From Candidatus Udaeobacter sp. (GTDB lineage: Bacteria; Patescibacteriota; Patescibacteriia; Magasanikbacterales; GWA2-37-8), in assembly GCA_035473115.1 (NCBI GenBank), contig DATION010000001.1, positions 461 through 64,460 of the forward strand: a DNA stretch of 64,000 nucleotides, read 5' to 3'. The stretch's first letter is position 1, and every line of letters starts with the position of its first letter. Of this stretch, positions 9,386 to 18,067 are shown in pieces. Under the pieces are notes generated by a model. That model did not search any database. It worked only from the letters and a program-made list of their open reading frames with translations, and was not told the origin of the DNA. A program made the position numbers and the translations under genes.

Positions 9386-10189
9386 TTATTTTTGCGGGTA
9401 CCAGTTTAGCTGAACAACTTCTATATTTGGATCAGCGGCGTTTACTAGTTGTTTAAATTTAGCTACATCAGCCAGTTCGTTTGGATGGCCATTATTATAG
9501 CCATAATGGTATGGATAAACCTGTTTTGGTTTAAATGCTAAGACAGCATCAGCTGCTTGCTCTATACTCATAGTATATGGCAAGTTCATAGGGACAAAAG
9601 CGATATCTATATTTTTTAGGGCGCGCATTTCCGGAACATCTTCAGTATCACCGGCAATATAGACGCGAGTGCCGCTAGATTCTAAAACATAGCCATTACC
9701 ATTTCCTTTCGGATGTTTATCTAGGTCTGCCGAGCGTAAGTTATAAGCTGGAACAGCTTGGATATTAATATTTTTTTGGCTGGTAGTGTCGTTATTTTTT
9801 AGAACAATCAAGTTGTGGGTCAGAGTTTTAGGCAGTTTAGCAGCAATTACTGACGGCACTATTAAAACAGTATTAGGCTGCATTATTTTTGCTAAAGTAT
9901 CAGGACTAAAATGATCTGGGTGTTCATGAGTTATCACTATAATATCTGGTTTTGGCACATTGGCGTAGCTTTCCGGAGCTCCGACCGGATCAGCATAAAC
10001 AACGGCAGTTTTCCAATCAAGCACCACAGACGCGTGGGAGATAGGAGTTATTTTTATATTAGGATTAGTTGTTATAGGAGAGCCGGCCATAGAGTTTTGG
10101 GTTTGTTTTTGGCGAGTAAAATTTTTTAAGATTAATAATCCCGCTGCCAAGACAACGACTGTGATTAAAAGTAGTAGTTTAGTTTTCAT
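9386..10189 (-). CDS. MBL-fold metallo-hydrolase, membrane-anchored or secreted
   Basis: N-terminal TM or signal segment. HEHPDH metallo-beta-lactamase motif. Confidence 0.8.
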   Translation of the reverse strand: MKTKLLLLITVVVLAAGLLILKNFTRQKQTQNSMAGSPITTNPNIKITPISHASVVLDWKTAVVYADPVGAPESYANVPKPDIIVITHEHPDHFSPDTLAKIMQPNTVLIVPSVIAAKLPKTLTHNLIVLKNNDTTSQKNINIQAVPAYNLRSADLDKHPKGNGNGYVLESSGTRVYIAGDTEDVPEMRALKNIDIAFVPMNLPYTMSIEQAADAVLAFKPKQVYPYHYGYNNGHPNELADVAKFKQLVNAADPNIEVVQLNWYPQK

Positions 10190-10260
10190 ATTTGATTAAA
10201 ATTGTTTTATTAAAAACTTATCAAAGTATAACATACAATCTAGAGTTTATAAAGTCGGAA

Positions 10261-11352
10261 TTATTTTTGATAATATTGTTTTCTTTTTAGTAAAGAAGTG
10301 TTGCAGGCTGGCTGATTGGCCGCCTCTAAAGAAGCGCAAAATGTTTCTGTTTTTTCGATGGAGTTATAGTTTACCAGATGATATGAAACGAGTCCGTCAA
10401 TACAGGCTGATTTAACAGCTTGATTATCAATTTGCTCGCAAATACTTTCTGCTTTTTTTGGATTGTTCAGGTTGGTAGCCATAATATAGCTGCCCATACC
10501 GCTAACGCATTGATTTATATATCCCGATTCGGAAAAGTTGCAGGCAGAAAATAAATCAGTATTTGTTTTTAAGTTTTGTTTGGCTAAATAAGCGCCGGCA
10601 TAAAGATAGCAGGCAGGCTTAAAGTGTGTTTCCGTTCGGCAGATTTTTAGCGGATCATTAGGGAAAAAATAAGGTGTAGCGTACATCTGTAGTTCACTGC
10701 TTTCAAAATTTTGCATAAATACTCCTTCGGAACAGCGAGTTTGATGTTCGTTTGTATCTAGTGTCAGACAGTAGTTGGCAGAGTCGGGCACATTATTTTT
10801 GGTATAGAACATTAGTCCGTGGCCAATGCCGTGATAACAAAAACCGTCCATGCCATCGCACAAAGAATGGATAGTGTCGGTTGGGTTGGCAGAAGCATTA
10901 AGTACATTTATGGCTAATCCGTGCACATAACCCGAACCGCAGATATCGTCGTTAAATTTTATCGCCTCTTTGAAGTTTTTGTATTTTATAAAAGCTGATT
11001 CGCCGATTGTATGCGCAAGCAGATGGCAGCGGCTGGCGACATTATCATCGGCCATTAATCGGCGCAGCTGGGCGAAGGCTGCTGCTGGGTTTTGGTTTTT
11101 TACAATCTCGTCTAGTTGTTGGTCAATCATGGGGATAGTAGAGCTTGTCATCTGTCCAATCCGTATTATATTTGAAGTATCATTATGAGCCGCCATTAAA
11201 ATTCTTTGGTTGTTTGCTGGTTTAGATTGTAGCCATGATAAATTTAGAGGGAATAAATTTTTTGTATTTAAGCAAAATGAAATAATCAGGATGATTATGA
11301 CAGCAAATAAAAAAATACCGTACTTATGTTTTTTAAGTAACACCGGAACCAT
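10261..11352 (-). CDS. Cys-rich exported hypothetical protein
   Basis: N-terminal TM anchor, at least 20 Cys, and a CYHGIGHG motif. No family recognised. Confidence 0.4.
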   Translation of the reverse strand: MVPVLLKKHKYGIFLFAVIIILIISFCLNTKNLFPLNLSWLQSKPANNQRILMAAHNDTSNIIRIGQMTSSTIPMIDQQLDEIVKNQNPAAAFAQLRRLMADDNVASRCHLLAHTIGESAFIKYKNFKEAIKFNDDICGSGYVHGLAINVLNASANPTDTIHSLCDGMDGFCYHGIGHGLMFYTKNNVPDSANYCLTLDTNEHQTRCSEGVFMQNFESSELQMYATPYFFPNDPLKICRTETHFKPACYLYAGAYLAKQNLKTNTDLFSACNFSESGYINQCVSGMGSYIMATNLNNPKKAESICEQIDNQAVKSACIDGLVSYHLVNYNSIEKTETFCASLEAANQPACNTSLLKRKQYYQK

Positions 11353-11359
11353 GAAGTTA

Positions 11360-11482
11360 TTATCTTCTTTTCTTAGAAGCTTTTTTGGCCAGCATCTGTT
11401 TTTTGATTTCCAAGCGCTTTTTTGTTTTTGGAGAATGTTTGGATTTAGTTTTCTTGCGTAGGCTGTTTGGTCTTTTTGCCAT
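11360..11482 (-). CDS. Small highly basic 40-aa ORF (MAKRPNSLRKKTKSKHSPKTKKRLEIKKQMLAKKASKKRR)
   Basis: Read by eye. Below the ORF-track size cutoff. Lies 8 nt upstream of the next gene on the same strand. Confidence 0.25.
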   Translation of the reverse strand: MAKRPNSLRKKTKSKHSPKTKKRLEIKKQMLAKKASKKRR

Positions 11483-11612
11483 ATATTATAAAAATAATAA
11501 ATTAAGTTTAAGATATTTTAGCACAACTCTGGTAATATAGCCAGAGATAAACATTTTTGTTTGTTATTATGTGTGGTATAATTTAATAGGAGTAAATAAT
11601 TAACTTAATAAT

Positions 11613-12461
11613 ATGGATAAAGCTAAAGTGGAAAGAATATTCAATTCGGTCACATTGTTTTTTATCAACGCAGCTATTATTATCATAGCTGAAAGTACCG
11701 GGCAATTATTTTTCCGCATGGGGTTAATACATATTATCGCGCTCTTGTTTATCGCCCTATCAGTTATCAGAATATTTGTCCGTTATTATTCCTATGATTC
11801 TGTCTTAGAGAAATTTTTCCAAGCCAGTTTAGCCGCTTTGTTCGTTTTTACCATTGCCCATATTGTGGAGTACTTTAATATGACTATGGGTATGTCTGCT
11901 TATTATTCCGATGCAGCCTTGGTTAATACGGCTAACTTTTACTTAATCAGTTTAATAATTATTATAATTGGAGCTGACGCTTTTTTGCGCATTTACGATA
12001 ATCGTTCCCGAGCCAGAATAAATTTTTTAATCGGTTTGATTGCCGCTCTGGTTGTTTTGATTTTTGTATTTACCGCCAAGAAAGATTTGGCTTCATTGGA
12101 ACTTGATGAACCGATGCCTTATGTATATCTGGCAGCAGTATTTACTTTTGGCTTGCTAGCCTTAAGAAAGGTTCGTTTAATTGGCAAGCGAGTAGGTATC
12201 TCTACCGCCTTTGCCAAGTTGCTTTCAGCTTCTATTATTTTGCTAATGCTTTCAACAGTTCCATATATTCTTTATGATTTATTAGAAGAACATTTTGGTT
12301 TCCCTCTTTATCAAATAATGTATTTGAGCCACTTTATTTTTTACGCTTCTTTAAGTCTGTTATTTTTAGCTTTTGGCAGGGTTAAAATTATGGGCGGGGT
12401 TTATGAAGATTTAAACAAAAATTCTTCAGACAAACCTGATTCAAAAGTTTGTTTATCTTAA
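11613..12461 (+). CDS. Integral membrane protein
   Basis: 282 aa with multiple hydrophobic helices. No motif recognised. Confidence 0.5.
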   Translation: MDKAKVERIFNSVTLFFINAAIIIIAESTGQLFFRMGLIHIIALLFIALSVIRIFVRYYSYDSVLEKFFQASLAALFVFTIAHIVEYFNMTMGMSAYYSDAALVNTANFYLISLIIIIIGADAFLRIYDNRSRARINFLIGLIAALVVLIFVFTAKKDLASLELDEPMPYVYLAAVFTFGLLALRKVRLIGKRVGISTAFAKLLSASIILLMLSTVPYILYDLLEEHFGFPLYQIMYLSHFIFYASLSLLFLAFGRVKIMGGVYEDLNKNSSDKPDSKVCLS

Positions 12462-12465
12462 AATT

Positions 12466-12541
12466 AAAAGCACCGACCCCCTTCTTGCGAAAAAGGTCGG
12501 CTTGACTAGCGCATAGTCACGAGACTGCTGTCTGCAGTCTC
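12466..12541 (-). terminator. Two hairpins after the RCC1 gene
   Basis: Perfect 9-bp stem CGAGACTGC/GCAGTCTCG. Then a CCGACC/GGTCGG stem followed on the minus strand by a T-rich run. Confidence 0.45.
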
Positions 12542-12557
12542 GGTTCGGTCTCCTGTA

Positions 12558-13883
12558 CTACTGGAAGATCACCGAGATGATCTTGGCCGGATTGTTCTGG
12601 GGGAGGAACGTCCCGTTGCCCACTTGGCCGGAAGATCCGTTGCCTTCACACCAGACACTCGTTTCCCAGTTCACCGGAGACGTGCTGGTGAGAGCATCGC
12701 TCAATTCGGAGCACTGAGTGTGGCCGCCACCAGAGACTGCGACGTAGCCTCTGTTTTGAGTCGCCGGCAAGGGCGGCATGCCCGAAGCCAGCGTGGCGGA
12801 AGTCTTGTCGATCATCGTCAGGTCTCCGAGCTGACGATTGTTATTGTAACCCCAGCACCACAAGTGCGGAGGAAACTTGGGAGAAACCGGATCCTGCTTC
12901 GAAACGCAGGAGTGGTTCTGGCCCAGTTTGTCACCCACCCGCGCGAGAGACGTGCCACTGGGCAGTCCCAACACGAGCGCCGGCGAGGTCTGATCAACTC
13001 TGTTGCCATTGCCGACCTGTCCATAGAAATTGTAGCCCCAGCAGCGCAGAAGGTCATCTGAGAAGCCCAGCCCGCAGGTATGCGATCCGCCTGCGGAAAT
13101 TGAGATGAAGTTCTGCAGAACTCTGGTCGGCCGTGGCTGGGACACAAAGCCGCCGATTCCGAGCTGGCCATGGTCATTGTCTCCCCAGCAGTACGTTACC
13201 CCGGTGGCAAGATCCATGACCACGCATGCGTGCTGTGGACCTGCCGTCCAACTGTAGAAGCCGCCCTGAACGGTGGTGGTAAGATTGCCAACTCCGTTCG
13301 GGTTCACGACAGGCGTCGGCAGGTTCTTCAGGCCGCTGAAGGTGCCGATGCCAAGCTGGCCGTTGGTGTTCTCACCCCAACAACGGAGTTGGTAGGTGAT
13401 CGGGTTCACCGTGGATGTCACGATCTCGGCGCAGGTGTAGTTGCCGGCGGCGGTAACCCAGACCACATTGCTCATGACCCGGGTCGGGGTAGCCTGGTTG
13501 GTAAAGTTACCAATCCCGAGCTGCCCTTCGAGGTTCCGGCCCCAGCAGTAGAGGTCCTGGTTCCCGATGCCGCTGGGATCCTTGAGTCCGCAGGCGTGTT
13601 CGGCACCGACCGACACCCACGTCCAGACCAGGGTTGGCGTGGCTGGGATCGTCGCCAGTCCAGCAGCTACAGGCACAGAAGAAGGGCTGAACCCTCCCGT
13701 TCCGAGCTGTCCCTTGTCGTTGCTGCCCCAGCAGAGCATCTTGCCTGCCAGGCTACCCAGTCGAGTAGTCTGTTTGTACACATAGCATCCGCTCGTATCC
13801 CCCACGGATAGGCGGGATGCCTCTGCCGTGCTGGCAGAGAGCATCAGGAATAGACCGAGAATGATGTACAAGAGCCTTTGCAT
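12558..13883 (-). CDS. Secreted RCC1-repeat (beta-propeller) protein, GC-rich
   Basis: Signal peptide. Repeated CWGxNxxGQLG RCC1 motifs. GC visibly about 60% against roughly 37% flanks. Confidence 0.8.
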   Translation of the reverse strand: MQRLLYIILGLFLMLSASTAEASRLSVGDTSGCYVYKQTTRLGSLAGKMLCWGSNDKGQLGTGGFSPSSVPVAAGLATIPATPTLVWTWVSVGAEHACGLKDPSGIGNQDLYCWGRNLEGQLGIGNFTNQATPTRVMSNVVWVTAAGNYTCAEIVTSTVNPITYQLRCWGENTNGQLGIGTFSGLKNLPTPVVNPNGVGNLTTTVQGGFYSWTAGPQHACVVMDLATGVTYCWGDNDHGQLGIGGFVSQPRPTRVLQNFISISAGGSHTCGLGFSDDLLRCWGYNFYGQVGNGNRVDQTSPALVLGLPSGTSLARVGDKLGQNHSCVSKQDPVSPKFPPHLWCWGYNNNRQLGDLTMIDKTSATLASGMPPLPATQNRGYVAVSGGGHTQCSELSDALTSTSPVNWETSVWCEGNGSSGQVGNGTFLPQNNPAKIISVIFQ

Positions 13884-13946
13884 TTGTTTCCCTTTCAGTC
13901 GTAACTCTACGTGTCTGTATCAGCCATCCGAATTGATGGCGGCGCA

Positions 13947-13975
13947 ATCTTAGCAGATAGGCCAAAAAATGTCAA
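13947..13975 (-). promoter_or_regulatory. Sigma-70-type promoter for the RCC1 gene
   Basis: Minus strand: TTGACA, 17-nt spacer, TAAGAT. The same style of element recurs at the other GC-rich ORFs. Confidence 0.5.
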
Positions 13976-14037
13976 TGGGAGTATCAACGTTCTTTCAGAT
14001 TGACATTGGCCGAATTTAGGTCTATCATAATATAACT

Positions 14038-14427
14038 ATGAATAAAAACTCTTACTTTAACCTATTTTTTTGGCTAATAATCGGCCTAAGTCTAGCTTTT
14101 TATGCTAACTCAACAGCTTTAGCTGCAACTGCCAAGACTTCTGAAGCTAAACATATTGTTAAGCCTCAAGTTCAAAGTACTGCCAAAAAAACTGTTGTGA
14201 CTCAATTAAAAGACAAAACAGTTGCCTCGCCAGCCAAAAATACTTCCGTTGTTTCAACAAATAAGCCGGCAGATACTTGTATGCAAGCTATTGCTAAGGC
14301 TAATAAAGAATGCAAAGCTATTTCGCAAGGCTGCCACTCTTTTAGCGAAACTCCTCGCTGTAAATCGGCCGATCAAACTTGTGCCGATAAGCAGCAGGCT
14401 GCTATGGAGCTTTGCGGGGTTAAGTAG
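14038..14427 (+). CDS. Small secreted Cys-containing hypothetical protein
   Basis: Signal peptide, Lys/Thr-rich linker, C-terminal part with 6 Cys. Confidence 0.5.
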   Translation: MNKNSYFNLFFWLIIGLSLAFYANSTALAATAKTSEAKHIVKPQVQSTAKKTVVTQLKDKTVASPAKNTSVVSTNKPADTCMQAIAKANKECKAISQGCHSFSETPRCKSADQTCADKQQAAMELCGVK

Positions 14428-14482
14428 TCAAAGTTTAATAGTGAATAATTGGTTAGCCTGTCGTCATAAAATTAAATAATAA

Positions 14483-14518
14483 TAAAAAACAGCTCGTCTA
14501 GTAACGAGCTGTTTTTTA
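14483..14518. terminator. Bidirectional rho-independent terminator
   Basis: Perfect hairpin AACAGCTCGT ... ACGAGCTGTT with A6 and T6 flanks, between convergent genes. Confidence 0.7.
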
Positions 14519-14920
14519 TTATCTTTTGTAAGGATGCTTTTTCATGGCCTTTTTTGCTGTAGTTCCTGGTGGCGCGTTTCTGGTAAATACATCCTGGCCA
14601 ATAAGCATTGATTCCCAATTGTCGGCCGGATTAGTCGTTTGATTTAAAAGCCACATGGTAGTTAGAGTCTCCTGGCCGTTTATCATTTGTAACTGACCGC
14701 ACCAGGCAGTGGTTGATTGCAGATCCGAGGTGCTGTTGTTCCATACTACCACCATGCCGAAAGTTTGCCCGGCGGCTTGCACTGGATCAACCATGCCAGT
14801 CATTTGAAAAACACCTTGACCTCCGACCGCGCTTTGGTAGGTGCCGGTAAGCATCTGACCGCTGGCTTTAATGATTACTTTTGAACCAAGTTCGTTGTAC
14901 CACACGCCATTAATATTCAT
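14519..14920 (-). CDS. Avidin/streptavidin-family biotin-binding protein
   Basis: Alignable by eye to the streptavidin core: [51 protein letters not shown] versus [52 protein letters not shown]. Confidence 0.8.
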   Translation of the reverse strand: [133 protein letters not shown]

Positions 14921-15031
14921 AATTTTTTTAAAAATTAATTAAGTACGACAAAAACTAAATTAAATTAATATAAAATATAATTTTAGATCATAGCCCTCCT
15001 TTCTTAGTCAATTTTTGATAAATTTATAGAC

Positions 15032-15463
15032 TTATCTTTTTGGTTGCAGCATGGAAAATCGGTTGCCCTCGGTGTCCATAGCCGAAATCCAAAGCCCAAC
15101 ACCCGGTATATCTTGCGGCTCGTCGCTATGCTGGCCTGCTTCGTTCATTGTGCCAAGGATTTTCCCGCCAGCAGTTTTGACGTCAGTCATTGCTTGGTTA
15201 ATATCTTCAACGGCAATGACAACCGACGGAGCGTGTGATGAAGGGTTATCTGTTTTTTGATAAAATCCGCCGTTAATGTTACCTGGATTTTTTATCATTC
15301 CTTTGTCATCAGTTTCGGTGGTTTGCGCAACTACATAACTGCCCATGTCTAGCCCCATCATTTGGGTTTGCCAGCCAAAGACATTGGTATAAAAATCAAC
15401 CATCCGTTGCTTATCTTGGTAGCCCATTTCAAAATGGACTACTGGGCTCATTTTTTTGTGCAT
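15032..15463 (-). CDS. VOC (glyoxalase/bleomycin-resistance) family protein
   Basis: VHFEMGY...FYTNVFGW N-terminus typical of the VOC/PhnB-like fold. Confidence 0.7.
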   Translation of the reverse strand: MHKKMSPVVHFEMGYQDKQRMVDFYTNVFGWQTQMMGLDMGSYVVAQTTETDDKGMIKNPGNINGGFYQKTDNPSSHAPSVVIAVEDINQAMTDVKTAGGKILGTMNEAGQHSDEPQDIPGVGLWISAMDTEGNRFSMLQPKR

Positions 15464-15511
15464 AAATTTTATTTAAAATTAATTAAAGTTTATTTTATTA
15501 TAGCAAAAGAA

Positions 15512-15940
15512 TTAGGAATGCGCCTTCTTCATATATTGATACGATCTCTTGATAAGAGACGCAAGCACTTTTTCATCAACATCAGATAGTTTGTTGATAT
15601 ACAAACAGCCACCGATGCCAGCACTTGTTTTATATTTTCCCAGTTTGCCAAGTAACTCGTGGCTATCCTTATTGCCGTGCATGATATAAAGTGTAAGGTT
15701 TTGTTTTCGTGGAGAGAAACCAGTTAACATCCAGTCTCCTTCTTGGGCGCTTCTGTCGGATTTATAATGATACTTGCCGAAACCAACAATACTTGTTCCC
15801 CAGATGACCGCTTTTTCACCGGTAACCTGCTCAAATATTTTAAGCAGCGCAAAACCATCTGTCCGTTTTTCTTTGGGTCCAATGGAGTTGAGAAATTTTT
15901 TAACGCTTGTTTTAGTTGCTTTGGTTTTTAATTCAGCCAT
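15512..15940 (-). CDS. DUF1801 (YdhG-like) domain protein
   Basis: Overall pattern including FGKYHY is typical of DUF1801. Confidence 0.6.
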   Translation of the reverse strand: MAELKTKATKTSVKKFLNSIGPKEKRTDGFALLKIFEQVTGEKAVIWGTSIVGFGKYHYKSDRSAQEGDWMLTGFSPRKQNLTLYIMHGNKDSHELLGKLGKYKTSAGIGGCLYINKLSDVDEKVLASLIKRSYQYMKKAHS

Positions 15941-15946
15941 ATAATT

Positions 15947-16237
15947 TTAACGATGAGGGCAGCCTGCCCAACAACAGGGTCGACGCATACCTTTACGCAT
16001 CTTATCAAGACCAACTGTTATACGCCGGTCTCTGGTTTCAGCTTGCTTGGCAGATGTCACCCAACAAATCCATTCATTGCGGGCAAGCGGCGTAATATCA
16101 TCCCACACCGACAGCGCCTTGGGGTCAGAAGCAAGGGCTTTCCGAAAATCTGGTGGGAGTTTATGCTTGCTTGTTCGTAACTCTCCATGGCGAGCGGAGG
16201 CGGATGGTACACTGATAGAAATTTCTTTTTTGATCAT
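15947..16237 (-). CDS. YdeI/OmpD-associated family protein
   Basis: C-terminal WICWVTSAKQAETRDRRI matches the family pattern W(I)xxAKrxETRxrRI. Confidence 0.6.
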   Translation of the reverse strand: MIKKEISISVPSASARHGELRTSKHKLPPDFRKALASDPKALSVWDDITPLARNEWICWVTSAKQAETRDRRITVGLDKMRKGMRRPCCWAGCPHR

Positions 16238-16247
16238 ATGTTTATCA

Positions 16248-16514
16248 TTATCTTTTGTTCCGCCCGTATAAAAACCATCCTATTAAAATGATAGCTGATA
16301 TTATAGCGCCAATAATATTAGGTATGATTATAGGGGTGTTTTTTATCTCAAACCCGTACAGTATCCAGATAAATGATCCAATAGTTGTTATAAAGTAGGT
16401 AGTAGCAGAAACGTCTCCGGCGCTTTTATTTCTGAATATTTTTATTGCTTGAGGAAGAGCTCCGAAGCCTAAAAAAATACCCGAGATTGTAGCCAAAATA
16501 GAAAGTATTGTCAT
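16248..16514 (-). CDS. SemiSWEET (PQ-loop) sugar transporter
   Basis: 88 aa, three TM helices, PQ motif (GALPQAIKIF). Confidence 0.8.
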   Translation of the reverse strand: MTILSILATISGIFLGFGALPQAIKIFRNKSAGDVSATTYFITTIGSFIWILYGFEIKNTPIIIPNIIGAIISAIILIGWFLYGRNKR

Positions 16515-16630
16515 ATTTAATTTATTATATCATATACAAAAAATAAACCTATAATAGGGTTTATTTTTGTTTTTGGCTCGCATACACGGACAGCTTCCGA
16601 ACTTTTTTATCTAAGAATTTAAACCTCCTT

Positions 16631-17116
16631 CTATCTCAGGTTTAAATTTTTCAGTCGCCACATCATTGCTTCGCGGCTCACCTGATATTGTTCAGACAAT
16701 TCTATCAACCGATCTTCATAAGAACCATCTAATTTTCTAAAGTCGTTTAATAGTAGTTGTTTGGGCATAAGTAAATTCGCAGCAAAATCATCCGCTCTTT
16801 TTTCAAAAATAGTTTTATCCGGACGATTATTGTTATCCCTATAGTCAATGGAGACGGCTGTAGTACTTTCTAAAAAGAAGTGGCCGAGTTCGTGGGCGAT
16901 AGTGAAGCGGCGTCTCGCCGGAGACTCCTCAGTATTAATACCCATAAGAGCGCCACCATTTTTGCGTATTAAAATACCAGAATATTCAACGCTGGGAGCG
17001 TAGCTGATCTGAATATTCATTTTTTCTGCAATCTGTTCGACAGGTACCGGTGCCTCAGTTACCTTAAAGTGGGTAAGAATTTTCCGAACTTTCGCTTGTA
17101 TAATTTGACTGGACAT
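16631..17116 (-). CDS. ImmA/IrrE-family metallopeptidase
   Basis: HEXXH motif (HELGHF). Confidence 0.8.
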   Translation of the reverse strand: MSSQIIQAKVRKILTHFKVTEAPVPVEQIAEKMNIQISYAPSVEYSGILIRKNGGALMGINTEESPARRRFTIAHELGHFFLESTTAVSIDYRDNNNRPDKTIFEKRADDFAANLLMPKQLLLNDFRKLDGSYEDRLIELSEQYQVSREAMMWRLKNLNLR

Positions 17117-17118
17117 AA

Positions 17119-17529
17119 CTATTTATTTACTTTACCAAAAATTTTCTCCGCCCACTCTGCCGCGTTCTCATCTTTCTTTTTTATATTTTCAACGTCTATT
17201 TGGCTAAGTTCATAGCCCTTTGGAATGTCTGGAAAAAAATCTTTAACTTCACACCCCAGGATTGTGGCAAGTTTCCAGAGAGTGACAGCATTAACATGAT
17301 TTTGGCCGTTTTCAAGCTGAGTCAAAGCGACACGGCTCACACCTAATTTATGAGCCACCACTTCGGCGGTCAGAAAACCACGAGAATTTCTGCGTATTTT
17401 TTTTATCTTCGCCCCGATCTCTTCTTTGACCGTTTGTTCAATGTCTTTCTTAACGTTAATTATAGCCGATCGATCAAGATTGGACAACTTGGGGACAGGA
17501 AGTATTGCAGGGTTACTTTTTGTTTTCAT
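17119..17529 (-). CDS. XRE-family HTH transcriptional regulator
   Basis: HTH_3 region (LTAEVVAHKLGVSRVALTQLENGQ). Co-oriented with, and immediately upstream of, the ImmA peptidase. Confidence 0.8.
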   Translation of the reverse strand: MKTKSNPAILPVPKLSNLDRSAIINVKKDIEQTVKEEIGAKIKKIRRNSRGFLTAEVVAHKLGVSRVALTQLENGQNHVNAVTLWKLATILGCEVKDFFPDIPKGYELSQIDVENIKKKDENAAEWAEKIFGKVNK

Positions 17530-17530
17530 A

Positions 17531-17577
17531 GCTTACATATGTAAGCACAGATTACAGTACTGTAAAGTACAGCTTAC
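17531..17577. promoter_or_regulatory. Palindromic operator cluster upstream of the XRE gene
   Basis: Perfect 16-bp palindrome GCTTACATATGTAAGC (17531-17546). Perfect 12-bp palindrome TACAGTACTGTA (17553-17564). Another GCTTAC half-site at 17572. Confidence 0.55.
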
Positions 17578-17719
17578 ACAATTATAGTATAATCTATCAT
17601 TTGCAATTTGTCAAGATGTATGGTAGACTTAAGGTCTAGAAGGGAAATACCTTTAAAGATTTATTACTTTACGTGGCATCCTCGCCAACCGAGGGTCACG
17701 CTATACCTAAGCTAAAAAT

Positions 17720-17953
17720 ATGGCAAGGAATCAACAACACGTTGTACGACGCGATGAAGGGTGGGCGGTAAGAGGCGCTGGAAACTCCAGAGATACTGCG
17801 CATACCAAAACTCAAGGCAAAGCAATTGATATTGCACGAAACATTGCGATTAACCAAAAGGCGGAAGTGGTCATTCACGATCGGCACGGTAAAATTCGCG
17901 ATTCAGATTCTTACGGAAATGACCCAAGCAATATCAAGGATACTAAATTTTAA
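17720..17953 (+). CDS. DUF2188 family protein
   Basis: 77 aa with VVRRDEGWAVRGAGNSRDTAHTKTQGKAIDIARNIA...VVIHDRHGKIRDSDSYGNDP, the typical DUF2188 pattern. Confidence 0.65.
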   Translation: MARNQQHVVRRDEGWAVRGAGNSRDTAHTKTQGKAIDIARNIAINQKAEVVIHDRHGKIRDSDSYGNDPSNIKDTKF

Positions 17954-18067
17954 TCATTTAAACAAGCCGTCCAATGAAACGATGTAATGCGCCAGCGCTT
18001 CAATCGTGGCACTCTTTATTCTACCAGGCTTCGGTTACGAAGCCGGCTACTAAAACATTCTATCTAT

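Noticed and set aside
12624-13811. Long antisense ORFs inside the RCC1 gene (12624-13061 +, 13170-13811 +, 12818-13177 -)
   Set aside because: Typical shadow ORFs of a high-GC coding region. Arg/Ala/Gly-rich, with no start context.
12558-13883. Possibility that the GC-rich segments are chimeric mis-assemblies or contamination
   Set aside because: The GC-rich ORFs are joined within a few nucleotides to AT-rich promoters, SDs and terminators of one consistent style. Some of these terminators are shared with flanking core genes (proS, asnS). This argues for genuine integration, though read-level confirmation is still needed.
17987-18067. ORF-track N-terminal extension of the Ubl gene (MRQRFNRGTLYSTRLRLRSRLLKHSIY) and the hairpin GGCTTCG-GTTA-CGAAGCC within it
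   Set aside because: The Arg-rich extension looks like translation of an intergenic hairpin. The Ubl more likely starts at 18068. The hairpin may be a terminator or attenuator between the DUF2188 gene and the Ubl operon, but it lacks a T-run, so it was not called.
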